The notes under the pieces: generated by a model
Database searches by the model: none
Told to the model about the DNA's origin: nothing
What the model saw: the letters and a program-made list of their open reading frames with translations, nothing else
Assembly (NCBI GenBank): GCA_023399095.1
Contig: JAEWQS010000134.1
Span: forward strand, 24,399 to 88,398
DNA length: 64,000 nt
Source of the DNA: Bacillota bacterium
GTDB taxonomy: Bacteria > Bacillota > Clostridia > Christensenellales > SZUA-584
Direction: 5' to 3'
Made by a program: the position numbers and the translations under genes
In this document: positions 24,529 through 33,246 of the stretch, one piece after another
Numbering within the stretch: the first letter of the stretch is position 1
Layout of the letters: every line of letters begins with the position of its first letter

Positions 24529-25059
24529 TTAACCTCCGTTTTCTTCTATAGATATTAAAACCTCAACCCACTCTGGGTCGAATAATATACCGCTGTTCTG
24601 CCACATAAAGTCCAGCACGGCTTCTTTGCTCCATGCCTTTCGGTAGGCGCGGTCATGACATAGCGCATCATACACATCGGCTACCGCAACTACTCGCCCC
24701 GGAAGGCTGATCCCCAGCGCCTTTTTGCCCATATAGCCGGTTCCATCCCAGCGCTCATGATGTTCTAATGCGGCTGACGCAGCATCGGTTATTTCTTTAA
24801 CGTCGGATTCCTTGAGCTTTTCATAGCCGATAACGGTGTGCGTCCGGATGATTTCCCATTCTCCATCCGTAAATGGCGCAGCCTTCTCCAACAACCCCGA
24901 ATGCTGCCGGTCAATGATCTCTTTCCCAACATCGTGCAGGAACCCCGACATAAACCATGAGAATATCTCATTTTCGCTGGCACTTGGATTTTTGCACTGA
25001 ATCAAACGCTTTGTAAGCACCGCAACACCGTTTCGATGCCTCAGATATTCGTCGTTCAT
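24529..25059 (-). CDS. stand-alone HD-GYP domain phosphohydrolase (candidate c-di-GMP phosphodiesterase)
   Basis: The protein is 176 aa with FLHDVGK and HHERWDGTGYMG motifs. It has no sensor domain. Confidence 0.75.
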   Translation of the reverse strand: MNDEYLRHRNGVAVLTKRLIQCKNPSASENEIFSWFMSGFLHDVGKEIIDRQHSGLLEKAAPFTDGEWEIIRTHTVIGYEKLKESDVKEITDAASAALEHHERWDGTGYMGKKALGISLPGRVVAVADVYDALCHDRAYRKAWSKEAVLDFMWQNSGILFDPEWVEVLISIEENGG

Positions 25060-25072
25060 TTCACACCTCGTC

Positions 25073-25507
25073 TCATAGATTCATCAAGGCATACAGATAG
25101 CCCGTGAGTATTGCACCAACCGCACCGAAGGTAAGAAACGGCGCAAAAGGTATCCGGCATTTTAATGTTTTTTTCTTTATCAAAGATTGGATTATGAGTA
25201 CTGCAAGAGCCGGAACCATCAGTGCAAAAGCAATCACCGCATTTAATAGCCCCAAATAGAGGGTGATCACTATAACCAGCTTAACGTCGCCTGCGCCCAT
25301 ACTGCCTCTCAACCATGAAATGAAAAAAGGAATGGCGAAAACCATCCCCGCCGGATATGTCCACCATGTGCCTCCAGCCAGTACGATTAATACCGCGTGC
25401 ATAGTTCCCAGGAATAGCATCAGAATAACCACAAGATTGGAAACAGCGCGGTTTCGCATATCCGTGTAGCTGCACCACATAAGCAGAGCAATAAAAAAAG
25501 CATCCAT
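25073..25507 (-). CDS. tadV: A24-family prepilin peptidase (TadV/CpaA type, no methyltransferase domain)
   Basis: The protein is 144 aa and polytopic. The two catalytic-Asp contexts are SYTDMRNRAVSN and GAGDVKL. Confidence 0.8.
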   Translation of the reverse strand: MDAFFIALLMWCSYTDMRNRAVSNLVVILMLFLGTMHAVLIVLAGGTWWTYPAGMVFAIPFFISWLRGSMGAGDVKLVIVITLYLGLLNAVIAFALMVPALAVLIIQSLIKKKTLKCRIPFAPFLTFGAVGAILTGYLYALMNL

Positions 25508-25537
25508 CAGGACGCCATTAATCAGTTCTATAACTCA

Positions 25538-28108
25538 TCACCTCTTTATCGTCGTAATTCGATCATACATGTCGCCTTCAATCGTCAGCACGTCGGTTTT
25601 GTATTCATACAACTGCCCGACAGGAGACCATGCGTAAAACGTCTGCACCCATGCAGTGTAGATACCATCTGGGTACCACAGCGGAGTATAGTGCAACCGG
25701 CTTCCCGTCGCTGAATACGGATTGATGGCAAGCTGCCATGTAACCGTCATGTCACCGGCTTCGCCTGTTTTTATTTCCAAGCTGTCCCGGATATTCTGCC
25801 AGCCAGCTATCTGCCCATACGCGCTCTCGGGATACCGTACCCAAACCATCTGTGCGCCAACAAGCTTTTCGGGATGATCGTAGTTGGTGGTTAATGTGGT
25901 CGTGCACTGGACGCAAAAGCCAAAGCCCGACTCCATCTGACGTGGCTTGTCGGCATAAGCGATGCGGCTATCTGGTGCAATGGAAAACGTGGTGGTCAAA
26001 CGGGCGTAGAAGGTCTTTGTATTGTAGCTACCGTTTTCCAGTCGAACCTCTTGCCATGAATGATAGGTGGATGAGGCAGCAGTCGGCAGGTTGGTCAATC
26101 CATACGCGTCATAACGCCGCTCCATCTCGCTGCTGTCGGGGTCGGCTACAATACTGGTTGGGACAGCCAGCACCTGAATATTTTTAGTCAGTGTGTTGTT
26201 ACCCTCATCCGTCTCGCTCAGAGCGCCGGTCGGGTCTGCAATTAGTTCCACGGCGTAGCTTCCGGCTTGTGGTACGGTGATTCTGAATACCGCAATGTTG
26301 CTCCCGTTCCCGGCAATGGGAATACTCTCCGTATAGGACGCACCACCAATCGACAGTCGGATGGCGACAGCCGGGACAAGCTGTGCCGTACGATTCCGCA
26401 CAGTGGCCGATACCGTGACCTCCATACCAGCGTACCAATCAGTTATAGTGGAATCCACGATCTCTATATCCGGTCTAAGCGCATTGACTGATATCATCAC
26501 CGTTTTGCTGTTATTGCTCTCATTGCTTTCCTCAACCAGATTACTGGGATCGACCAACGCAGTCATAGTGATGGTCTGTGCGCTGAGTGAAGTAGGCGCT
26601 GTACAAGAAAACGTGACCATCTGGCTGGCTCCCGCGTTCAGTGCGGATACATTGGCTGAAAAAGTTCCAATGCCCGGTATGGTCAGTCGAACCGTCGTGG
26701 CGGATGCCGTGCCGACCCCAATATTTTTTACCGTACCTGTAATGGTCATTGTTTCTCCGGCTTCATATAGCGCTTTATCTCCGGCAAGTGCAGTCACCGT
26801 CAGATCAGGCAACGGAGGAACATATGCTAGAACCTTGAATGATGCCGTGCGGGTATTATTGCCCTCGTTGCTCTCGGTCACAGCACCAGTCGAATCCGCC
26901 GCAGCCGTTATGCTTATGTTTTTATCCGCAGCATACCGGCCAGTCGTATAAGCGAAGGTAACATTTGTGCTTCCACCTGCTGCAAGCGAGGATATATATT
27001 TCGTCTGCGTTGTGAGGTCAGCAGAGGACAGCGCCACATAGAAACCACTCGCGGAACGAAGCCCCTGATTCTGAATCGTTGCCGTCACAGCAACAGTTTC
27101 ATCGGCATTATAGACGGATTTATTTGTGCTTAAGGATGTAACCGTCAGGTCGGCATAAATCTGCGGTGTGCCAAAGGAAACAGAGACTGTCTTAGCTTCG
27201 TTGTATATGGCTGATTTGGCCACGATCACGCGCTGGAGGCTGCTGGAGTTGGGTGCGTAGGCGAACATGTTGCTTCGCAGTCGGTTGTCGCGGCCCGTTG
27301 CAGATATGCTGAATGAACGGTTTGCATTGGCCTCGCTGAGCGGTATCCATATCATCAGCGAATCGCCGGATTGCCCCGTATAGCCAGATACGCTGGAGCC
27401 GGATGGCAATGCGGAGGTGTCGAGCGTATATCCTCCGTTCATATTCGCCAGCCAAACAGACGCGATTCCGACGAAATAGTTGCCGCTGATGGACATGGAC
27501 GGTGCGGAAAGCGAGATGTCATGCGTCATGATGGCCTGCGAACGTGCTCTGATTAGCAGTTCTATAGCAAATTGGAGGACGTCGGTATATCCCGACCTCG
27601 CCCTGATCTTACTGCCGATCTGTCCATTCGCCGCGGCAGTACGCAGCTGCGCATCCGTATAAGAACCAAGATTGGTGAAGTTGTATTGCCCGCTGTCGCC
27701 GTTTTCAGAGAGCCAGAACCGTATGGCGTTAGCAGTGGCATATCGCGCCTCGGTCGCCGTCAAACCGCCCGTTGCATACGGATAACCGTTTTCAAGAATA
27801 ATACGCAACCCCGTCTGAACACGGGATGAATAACTGCTTAGAATGTCTGAGTCGTTGTAGGCAGAATTGTTTGGGCTGCTATTGCGGTGCTGAAGACAGT
27901 AGGCCACCTGCTCCGGCGAGCTTCCGGCAACGTAATGCTCGGGCGTGTCAAGGCTTTTCCAGCCGCTTCCGCCGTTGTAGTCGAACATATCCGTCACACT
28001 GCGAGAGCTGATATTTACGGCCAACGCCGTGGACATGAACAGCATGGATATCATGAGTACAATCAGCGCGGCAGATACGATAATGGCAATCCTTTTTTTC
28101 TTTTTCAC
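25538..28108 (-). CDS. large surface protein with three CARDB repeats (TadG-like pilus-associated adhesin candidate)
   Basis: The protein is 856 aa with an N-terminal signal/anchor MKKKKRIAIIVSAALIVLMISMLF. It has three CARDB-like repeats ending ESNEGNN, ESNESNN and ETDEGNN (aa about 319-646). It has no LPXTG motif. Confidence 0.7.
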   Translation of the reverse strand: MKKKKRIAIIVSAALIVLMISMLFMSTALAVNISSRSVTDMFDYNGGSGWKSLDTPEHYVAGSSPEQVAYCLQHRNSSPNNSAYNDSDILSSYSSRVQTGLRIILENGYPYATGGLTATEARYATANAIRFWLSENGDSGQYNFTNLGSYTDAQLRTAAANGQIGSKIRARSGYTDVLQFAIELLIRARSQAIMTHDISLSAPSMSISGNYFVGIASVWLANMNGGYTLDTSALPSGSSVSGYTGQSGDSLMIWIPLSEANANRSFSISATGRDNRLRSNMFAYAPNSSSLQRVIVAKSAIYNEAKTVSVSFGTPQIYADLTVTSLSTNKSVYNADETVAVTATIQNQGLRSASGFYVALSSADLTTQTKYISSLAAGGSTNVTFAYTTGRYAADKNISITAAADSTGAVTESNEGNNTRTASFKVLAYVPPLPDLTVTALAGDKALYEAGETMTITGTVKNIGVGTASATTVRLTIPGIGTFSANVSALNAGASQMVTFSCTAPTSLSAQTITMTALVDPSNLVEESNESNNSKTVMISVNALRPDIEIVDSTITDWYAGMEVTVSATVRNRTAQLVPAVAIRLSIGGASYTESIPIAGNGSNIAVFRITVPQAGSYAVELIADPTGALSETDEGNNTLTKNIQVLAVPTSIVADPDSSEMERRYDAYGLTNLPTAASSTYHSWQEVRLENGSYNTKTFYARLTTTFSIAPDSRIAYADKPRQMESGFGFCVQCTTTLTTNYDHPEKLVGAQMVWVRYPESAYGQIAGWQNIRDSLEIKTGEAGDMTVTWQLAINPYSATGSRLHYTPLWYPDGIYTAWVQTFYAWSPVGQLYEYKTDVLTIEGDMYDRITTIKR
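26171..27154 (-). repeat. three tandem CARDB-domain coding repeats inside the adhesin gene
   Basis: Each unit is about 105 aa. Units begin with (P)DLTVT / PDIEIV and end with E(S/T)(N/D)E(G/S)NN. They are divergent at the DNA level. Confidence 0.6.
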
Positions 28109-28123
28109 GATATCTCCTTTCCG

Positions 28124-28588
28124 TCACTCAATATACAGGATCGATGAACGCACATTTATGGGGATACGGACTATGCTTAAATCGCCTATGTCCCAAGGGA
28201 GGGGGATAGCCAGCGTTGCACTTATGCTCATCGACTTGCCTTCAACCTCCACCGTCATTTCATCAAGGCTGTAAATGAGTTTTCCACCCTCATATCGGTT
28301 CCAGCGTCCGCCCTCAAGCGTCCAGCCCGCTTCGGTCAGGCATGCAAAGAACGATACCTTAGCGGATTCAGCCGGTACATCCAGCATCAGATCGCGCACG
28401 TTTGCATTAAGCATGCTTTTATCCACGGTGACGGTCGCTGCGCGCTGCACCTCGGTTTCGCAGGCCTGATATTTGGCATACACCGTCACGCCCGCATAGA
28501 CCACCGCGGATAGCGTCATGAGGATGAGAATAAGGAAAACCACCCATATAAGCGCGCTGCCTGTTTTGTCATCCCAAAAACGCTTCAT
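28124..28588 (-). CDS. TadE/TadF-like pseudopilin
   Basis: The protein is 154 aa. The N-terminus MKRFWDDKTGSALIWVVFLILILMTLSAVVYAG has the TadE/G-like hydrophobic helix. Confidence 0.6.
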   Translation of the reverse strand: MKRFWDDKTGSALIWVVFLILILMTLSAVVYAGVTVYAKYQACETEVQRAATVTVDKSMLNANVRDLMLDVPAESAKVSFFACLTEAGWTLEGGRWNRYEGGKLIYSLDEMTVEVEGKSMSISATLAIPLPWDIGDLSIVRIPINVRSSILYIE

Positions 28589-29007
28589 TTCCAGTACACC
28601 TCCGATATGCCGCGCGCGGTGGCCGTAATTTGCACATTGATGACAACCGGGTCACCCAGTGCCGGACGCAGAATGACGATAGGGACGGTCTTTGTTATTG
28701 TGACAGTGAAAGAGTATTTAAGCTGTATTGTTTTTTCTGCTGCGTTCTGCCATTCCGCCTCTACCTCCACGCTGTCTGGCGCAAAGAAGCCATCCGCTGT
28801 AACGGACGCAAGCGTCTCGTCATCAGCTTTGCCATACAGTTCAATGGTTCTGGCCATGTATTTCGCTGTCTGGTTCAACGACTGCTGTGCGGTGAATATG
28901 GGATATAGCGCCAACAGTGAAGCCATAAGAGTAAAGACGATCAGTATGGTGACGGCCACATCGATGTAGCCCTCCGCCGTCTGGTCGCGTATGAATTTTC
29001 GTTTCAT
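28585..29007 (-). CDS. minor pilin / pseudopilin sharing the Flp-type leader
   Basis: The protein is 140 aa from ATG 29007. The sequence MKRKFIRDQTAEGYIDVAVTILIVFTLMASLL has the same AEG[FY][LI]DVA junction as the Flp gene. I trimmed it from track start 29064. Confidence 0.6.
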   Translation of the reverse strand: MKRKFIRDQTAEGYIDVAVTILIVFTLMASLLALYPIFTAQQSLNQTAKYMARTIELYGKADDETLASVTADGFFAPDSVEVEAEWQNAAEKTIQLKYSFTVTITKTVPIVILRPALGDPVVINVQITATARGISEVYWK

Positions 29008-29071
29008 AATTGTCCTCTTTCTGAGATGGTAGGGCTGCCTTGCGGCAGCCCACGCCATACACAATGTTTGT

Positions 29072-29275
29072 TTACGGCAGTACGTTTACGCCGGTGAGTT
29101 CGCCGCTGATCTTGTCAATCAGGTTCTGGAACAGGTCAGGCATCGCAGCGTTCATGATGAGCAGAATAGCCGCGCCAATGACCACGACGATCAATATCTT
29201 CATAGCGACGTCCAGAAAGCCCTCCGCCTTCTTCTCGGAAACAAAACGTTTGACAGTGTTCTTGATTTTCAACAT
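29072..29275 (-). CDS. flp: Flp-family type IVb/IVc pilin
   Basis: The protein is 67 aa: MLKIKNTVKRFVSEKKAEG|FLDVAMKILIVVVIGAAILLIM. It has a short basic leader, a glycine at the predicted cleavage site, and then a hydrophobic helix. Confidence 0.7.
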   Translation of the reverse strand: MLKIKNTVKRFVSEKKAEGFLDVAMKILIVVVIGAAILLIMNAAMPDLFQNLIDKISGELTGVNVLP

Positions 29276-29327
29276 ACAGTGTACTTCCTTTCAATTTTTG
29301 TTTAGTTGGATTGGGGTTTATATGAAA

Positions 29328-29390
29328 AATCCGCTTTCTGCGGGCAGCAAAAACAGCAGCCCTCCTTCCCACGCTGCCATTAAAAGCGGA
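29328..29390 (-). promoter_or_regulatory. long imperfect hairpin + U-run between tadC and flp (attenuator / processing-site candidate)
   Basis: The outer stem ATCCGCTTT/AAAGCGGAT (29328-29336 / 29382-29390) encloses GGCAGC/GCTGCC (29342-29347 / 29372-29377). On the minus strand it is followed by TTTTTCA. Confidence 0.4.
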
Positions 29391-29399
29391 TATAGTGGG

Positions 29400-30278
29400 T
29401 CAGAAGCCCACGGCCTGCAAGTTGTTGATAATGAGGATCACAAGGGGAACCATAAAGAGAAATATGAGCAGTATTGTCAGGATAAACGATGCCGCCTTGA
29501 TGCGGCCAGGGCGTTTCTCCATCAGCCGCCTAAGCGTCTCTCGCTCCTTCGCGCGCATGTCCTGCTCCAGCACCAACAGGCTGGTCCGCTGGTCAACGCC
29601 CTGATGGACGCCACACAGCACCGCGCACAGAGCTGAAAAAGACGGAAGACCCAACCGTGCGTCCATGCTGCACAGTGCCGCCTCCGAATTGCCTGTTTTC
29701 ATGTCGAGTATCAGCCGGTTAAGCTCCATGCCTAGCGCTTTGCCTGCAACTCTCCTGTACTTTTCGAAGAACGATATCAGGTCACGGCTGTCTTGCAACG
29801 AGTAGATGAGTGTTTCCGTCAGGCGTGGCAGCTCCGCTTCAATCTCGCGGCTTAGTGCCTCCACCTTTTTTCGGATGGTCTGCGTTGTTTGAAAATAGGC
29901 CAGTACTGCAATGACTGCGGTCAGCAACGTCAGCCATGGAATACCAAACGGAATGAACAATGCCCCGATAAAAGCCAGCAACAATGACCGTGCCTTCGCT
30001 TGTGAGAGGAAATCCTCTGGCATCTGTGCGATACGCAGCCGCGCGAAGTCCGCATCCAACCGCTTCTTTCTGTACTCGCTCATGGGGAACAGTTTTGAGA
30101 GAAGCCTTGCCAAAGGCAGCAGCACGTCCTGAAACCGCTGCGAAAGATTGCGTTTGCCGTGGATATCTTGTATCACGCGGATGGACTTGCCGGAAGGGAA
30201 AACGAACGCCGCTTGAGCCATCCGGTAAAGCCCCAGCGACAACAAAAAGACGGACAGCGCATAAAGTATGAGCATCAT
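29400..30278 (-). CDS. tadC: TadC (type II secretion system F-family platform protein)
   Basis: The protein is 292 aa and polytopic. It is overlap-coupled to tadB and occupies the TadC position in the operon. Confidence 0.75.
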   Translation of the reverse strand: MMLILYALSVFLLSLGLYRMAQAAFVFPSGKSIRVIQDIHGKRNLSQRFQDVLLPLARLLSKLFPMSEYRKKRLDADFARLRIAQMPEDFLSQAKARSLLLAFIGALFIPFGIPWLTLLTAVIAVLAYFQTTQTIRKKVEALSREIEAELPRLTETLIYSLQDSRDLISFFEKYRRVAGKALGMELNRLILDMKTGNSEAALCSMDARLGLPSFSALCAVLCGVHQGVDQRTSLLVLEQDMRAKERETLRRLMEKRPGRIKAASFILTILLIFLFMVPLVILIINNLQAVGF

Positions 30279-31201
30279 TTTTTCTCACCGCCTCCCACTG
30301 GGCGGTATAACTGCGCCACCCATCCCGCCGTAGCGAGCACAGCGGCCAGCACCACTGCCAGAGTAATTTTTCCGGCCAGCGTGGCGATCAGCATGCTGTA
30401 CCAGTCGGGCATCATTGCGCCCATCAGCGGGATAGCGCCAAACACGATCATGACTGTGACGATATAATCCCCGAGTTGCTTGCGAATCGCGGTGTCGGTT
30501 TCCATCTGCACGCGCCGCATTTCGCCCAACCGTCCCACAATGCCGGGAAGCGCATACCTGAGCTGCCTGTCTCGCTGGCATTGCACCAGCACATCGCACC
30601 AATCGCGCCAGTACCGGTTGTCTATCCGCTCACGCAGACGATGAAGCGCTTTCACCACGTCGGAGTCAACTAGCTGAGTTTCAGCATAGAACTGGCGGAA
30701 CATGCCGTCCAGTGGGGCAACCAGCAGGTGAATGCTGCTTTGCACCGCACCAATCAAATCACCCGACGCCACATAGCTGTTGGTGACCGTGCCCAATGCG
30801 CTCTCCAGCTTTTCGTTCAGGCTCCGTATATAATCGCCGGTGCGGATGCGGATCACGATTAGGGGCGCGCATCCTAGCCCAGCGGCCAGCACCAGCGCTG
30901 CGAGTATGTTGTCAAGCACCAGACCAAAAAGCAGCCCGAGCAGAACCAGTATGGCAGATGCCCACCGGTATGAAGTGATCTGTCCACCCATACCTGTCAC
31001 CGTCAGCATCTCTTTGGCACTGTCCACCGTTGCCTCCAGCTTTCCTTTCGGCTTGCCGGTGATGCGGCGTATGCGTTTCTTCTTATTTCGTTGCCGCTGA
31101 AGCGGCTTTGCAAGCCAGCCAGACATGTCAGACGGACGAACTCTGAATATAAAAAATAGCCCTGACATAAACAGCAGAGCACACAGTATTTGAGTAATCA
31201 T
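30275..31201 (-). CDS. tadB: TadB (T2SS F-family platform protein)
   Basis: The start is set at ATG 31201. It forms an ATGA overlap with the cpaF stop, and GGAGG lies upstream. The track start is 31222. The protein is polytopic. Confidence 0.7.
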   Translation of the reverse strand: MITQILCALLFMSGLFFIFRVRPSDMSGWLAKPLQRQRNKKKRIRRITGKPKGKLEATVDSAKEMLTVTGMGGQITSYRWASAILVLLGLLFGLVLDNILAALVLAAGLGCAPLIVIRIRTGDYIRSLNEKLESALGTVTNSYVASGDLIGAVQSSIHLLVAPLDGMFRQFYAETQLVDSDVVKALHRLRERIDNRYWRDWCDVLVQCQRDRQLRYALPGIVGRLGEMRRVQMETDTAIRKQLGDYIVTVMIVFGAIPLMGAMMPDWYSMLIATLAGKITLAVVLAAVLATAGWVAQLYRPVGGGEKK

Positions 31202-32529
31202 ATTCGCTCCTCCCTGAACCATTCAGTCGCCGCCTTATCCGCACCGTTACCGCGCATGCTTTCAGCGAGCTCGTTCGTGATGCCGTGTTCACGGACATAT
31301 TCGCCCGTTTCGGTCTCGAACCGATAAATTGTATTAGCCTGAACCACACCGTTCTGTATGCCTGTCGCCTCGACGATCTCCATAATACGGCGCGTCCCAT
31401 CCGGCATCTGCTTCTTGAAAACCATGATCGGAAACGCTTCGGCTACAAAGCCCATGAGGATGTGGGTGGATATGTTGGTTCCCGACATCTGGCACATACT
31501 CAATATGCGTCCATAGGCCTTGTGCGCGGAGTTTGCGTGCAGACTGGTCACAACAACGTGCCCTGTGCGGGCGGCTTCCTGAGCCACCATTGCCTCTGCG
31601 CCGCGTATCTCCGCCACCGCGATAATATCTGGTGAAAATCTCAATGCTTTCCGCAGCAGATCGTTCATGTCGATGTTGGCGTTCTGCAAATCGCTTGGCC
31701 GTGTACAGGTGTGGATCACTCGGTTTTGTGCGTTCCCGTCCTTATCCTCGCTGAACAAATCCAGCTCGCGCGTTTCCTCGATTGTGTAAATACGTTTACT
31801 TGCATCAACTGCGTTGAGTAAAAACGCGATGTCCGTCGTTTTACCGCTGCCTGTCTTGCCCGCAATGCCGACTGAAACACCGTGATTGACGCACAGCGTC
31901 AGGAATTCCAGCATCTCCGGTGTCGCTGTTTGCCAGCCGATGATTTGCTCCTTGGACACTTTTGCCATGCGTTGACGGCGAATGGAGAATACGATACCGC
32001 TGCGTCTGTCTGCGACGGGTGGAATCATGGCTGACACGCGGATGCCCTCGGTGATGTAACTGTCCACAATGGGGTTAGTACCGTCCAACACCAGACCGCC
32101 CAGGCGCACCATTTTGCGCAGGGTATCAGCGGCATGCTGGGGAGATAAAAAACGCTCCGGTATTTTGCGCCAGCCGGAGCGCGTCACGATCTCGATATCC
32201 CGCCACGAGTTTCCGTTGATCTCCTCGACTTCCGAATTGGTGATGTACTTATCCAAAAAACCAAAGCCAGCCATGTCACCGTACAGTTTATCGGTCAGTT
32301 GCTGCATGGACAGGCCGCTGATGTGGTGTTGATGGCTGCCGACATATTCGCCGATGAGACGCTTCACCGTTTCCGAAGCATCCTTCTTTGTGATGCTTTG
32401 TGCAAGTGTCTCCGCATGATCTTTTGAAATGTCTACGCGGACCTGCTCCAGCAGGGTTTCATATGCGTCCTTAGCCTGCGGCGCGCTGTGCTGCCGTTCG
32501 TAGGTCAGTTCCTTGAACGTCCGGCTCAT
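31198..32529 (-). CDS. tadA: TadA/CpaF secretion ATPase
   Basis: The protein is 443 aa with Walker A GKTGSGKTT. It also has the Asp box and Walker B region IIAVAEIRGAEA, and a His box TGHVVVTSLHANS. Confidence 0.9.
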   Translation of the reverse strand: MSRTFKELTYERQHSAPQAKDAYETLLEQVRVDISKDHAETLAQSITKKDASETVKRLIGEYVGSHQHHISGLSMQQLTDKLYGDMAGFGFLDKYITNSEVEEINGNSWRDIEIVTRSGWRKIPERFLSPQHAADTLRKMVRLGGLVLDGTNPIVDSYITEGIRVSAMIPPVADRRSGIVFSIRRQRMAKVSKEQIIGWQTATPEMLEFLTLCVNHGVSVGIAGKTGSGKTTDIAFLLNAVDASKRIYTIEETRELDLFSEDKDGNAQNRVIHTCTRPSDLQNANIDMNDLLRKALRFSPDIIAVAEIRGAEAMVAQEAARTGHVVVTSLHANSAHKAYGRILSMCQMSGTNISTHILMGFVAEAFPIMVFKKQMPDGTRRIMEIVEATGIQNGVVQANTIYRFETETGEYVREHGITNELAESMRGNGADKAATEWFREERI

Positions 32530-33245
32530 ATCGCATCAGCTCCTTTCAGTAAAGCTTGGAGCTTCTTTACCTCCCGCAGATACCGCATGGCGGCAGGCGT
32601 CGCGCTATTACTTATACACTCCTGCCGGAATTCCCGTACATAGGGCAGCGCCGCAGCGACTTTTATATCAACTGCCTTTTCCACGCATGACATGTCGTGC
32701 TGTCTGTCTGTCATTGCCATGACAGGCAGGATGCGCTCCTGTGCGTTCATGGTGCTGATGAGCGGCTTGACGCTGTTGAACCAGCAGATTCCCTGCACAT
32801 CGGGCATGAACAGGGTAATCACCTTATCCGCATGGATGAGCGCACCGGGTAAAAAGGGGTCGCTGCGCTGCCCCGACAGGTCGAGGATGACCGTGTCGGC
32901 AAGCTCAATGCACCGCTCCACAAAGTCCTCCGCTGCGTGATCCGCTTCCAACCCGAGCTCATATGATAGATACTCGTCATGGTCAGTCAGCCCAGCATAG
33001 AACAGGTTTTTCAGCTTTGGATGTTGGTGCAGATACGGTGCTGCATCCATCACTCCCATCCCTATGGCTCGACCAAGTGACTTGTCGGAGTCGAACTTCT
33101 GTCCGTCTAGCCGCGTAGGCAGCGTTGGCTGCGTCAGGTCAGAGTCGATGATGACCGTCACGCCTTGTCTGGCAAACAGTATACCCAGCGTATCACAGAG
33201 TGTGCTTTTCCCGATTCCGTCTCGTCCCCAAACGGCGATAACCAT
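32526..33245 (-). CDS. tadZ: TadZ/CpaE-like ParA/MinD-family ATPase
   Basis: The protein is 239 aa with a deviant P-loop VWGRDGIGKST. It sits between cpaB and cpaF. Confidence 0.65.
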   Translation of the reverse strand: MVIAVWGRDGIGKSTLCDTLGILFARQGVTVIIDSDLTQPTLPTRLDGQKFDSDKSLGRAIGMGVMDAAPYLHQHPKLKNLFYAGLTDHDEYLSYELGLEADHAAEDFVERCIELADTVILDLSGQRSDPFLPGALIHADKVITLFMPDVQGICWFNSVKPLISTMNAQERILPVMAMTDRQHDMSCVEKAVDIKVAAALPYVREFRQECISNSATPAAMRYLREVKKLQALLKGADAI

Positions 33246-33246
33246 A

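Noticed and set aside
27713-27904. A possible thioester-domain (TED) signature in the CARDB adhesin (AYCLQ ... ATANAIRFW).
   Set aside because: The Cys context resembles TED [YF]C motifs. However, the partner motif lacks the essential Gln: it reads T-A-N-A-I-R-F-W instead of TQxA.W. An internal thioester is therefore not supported.
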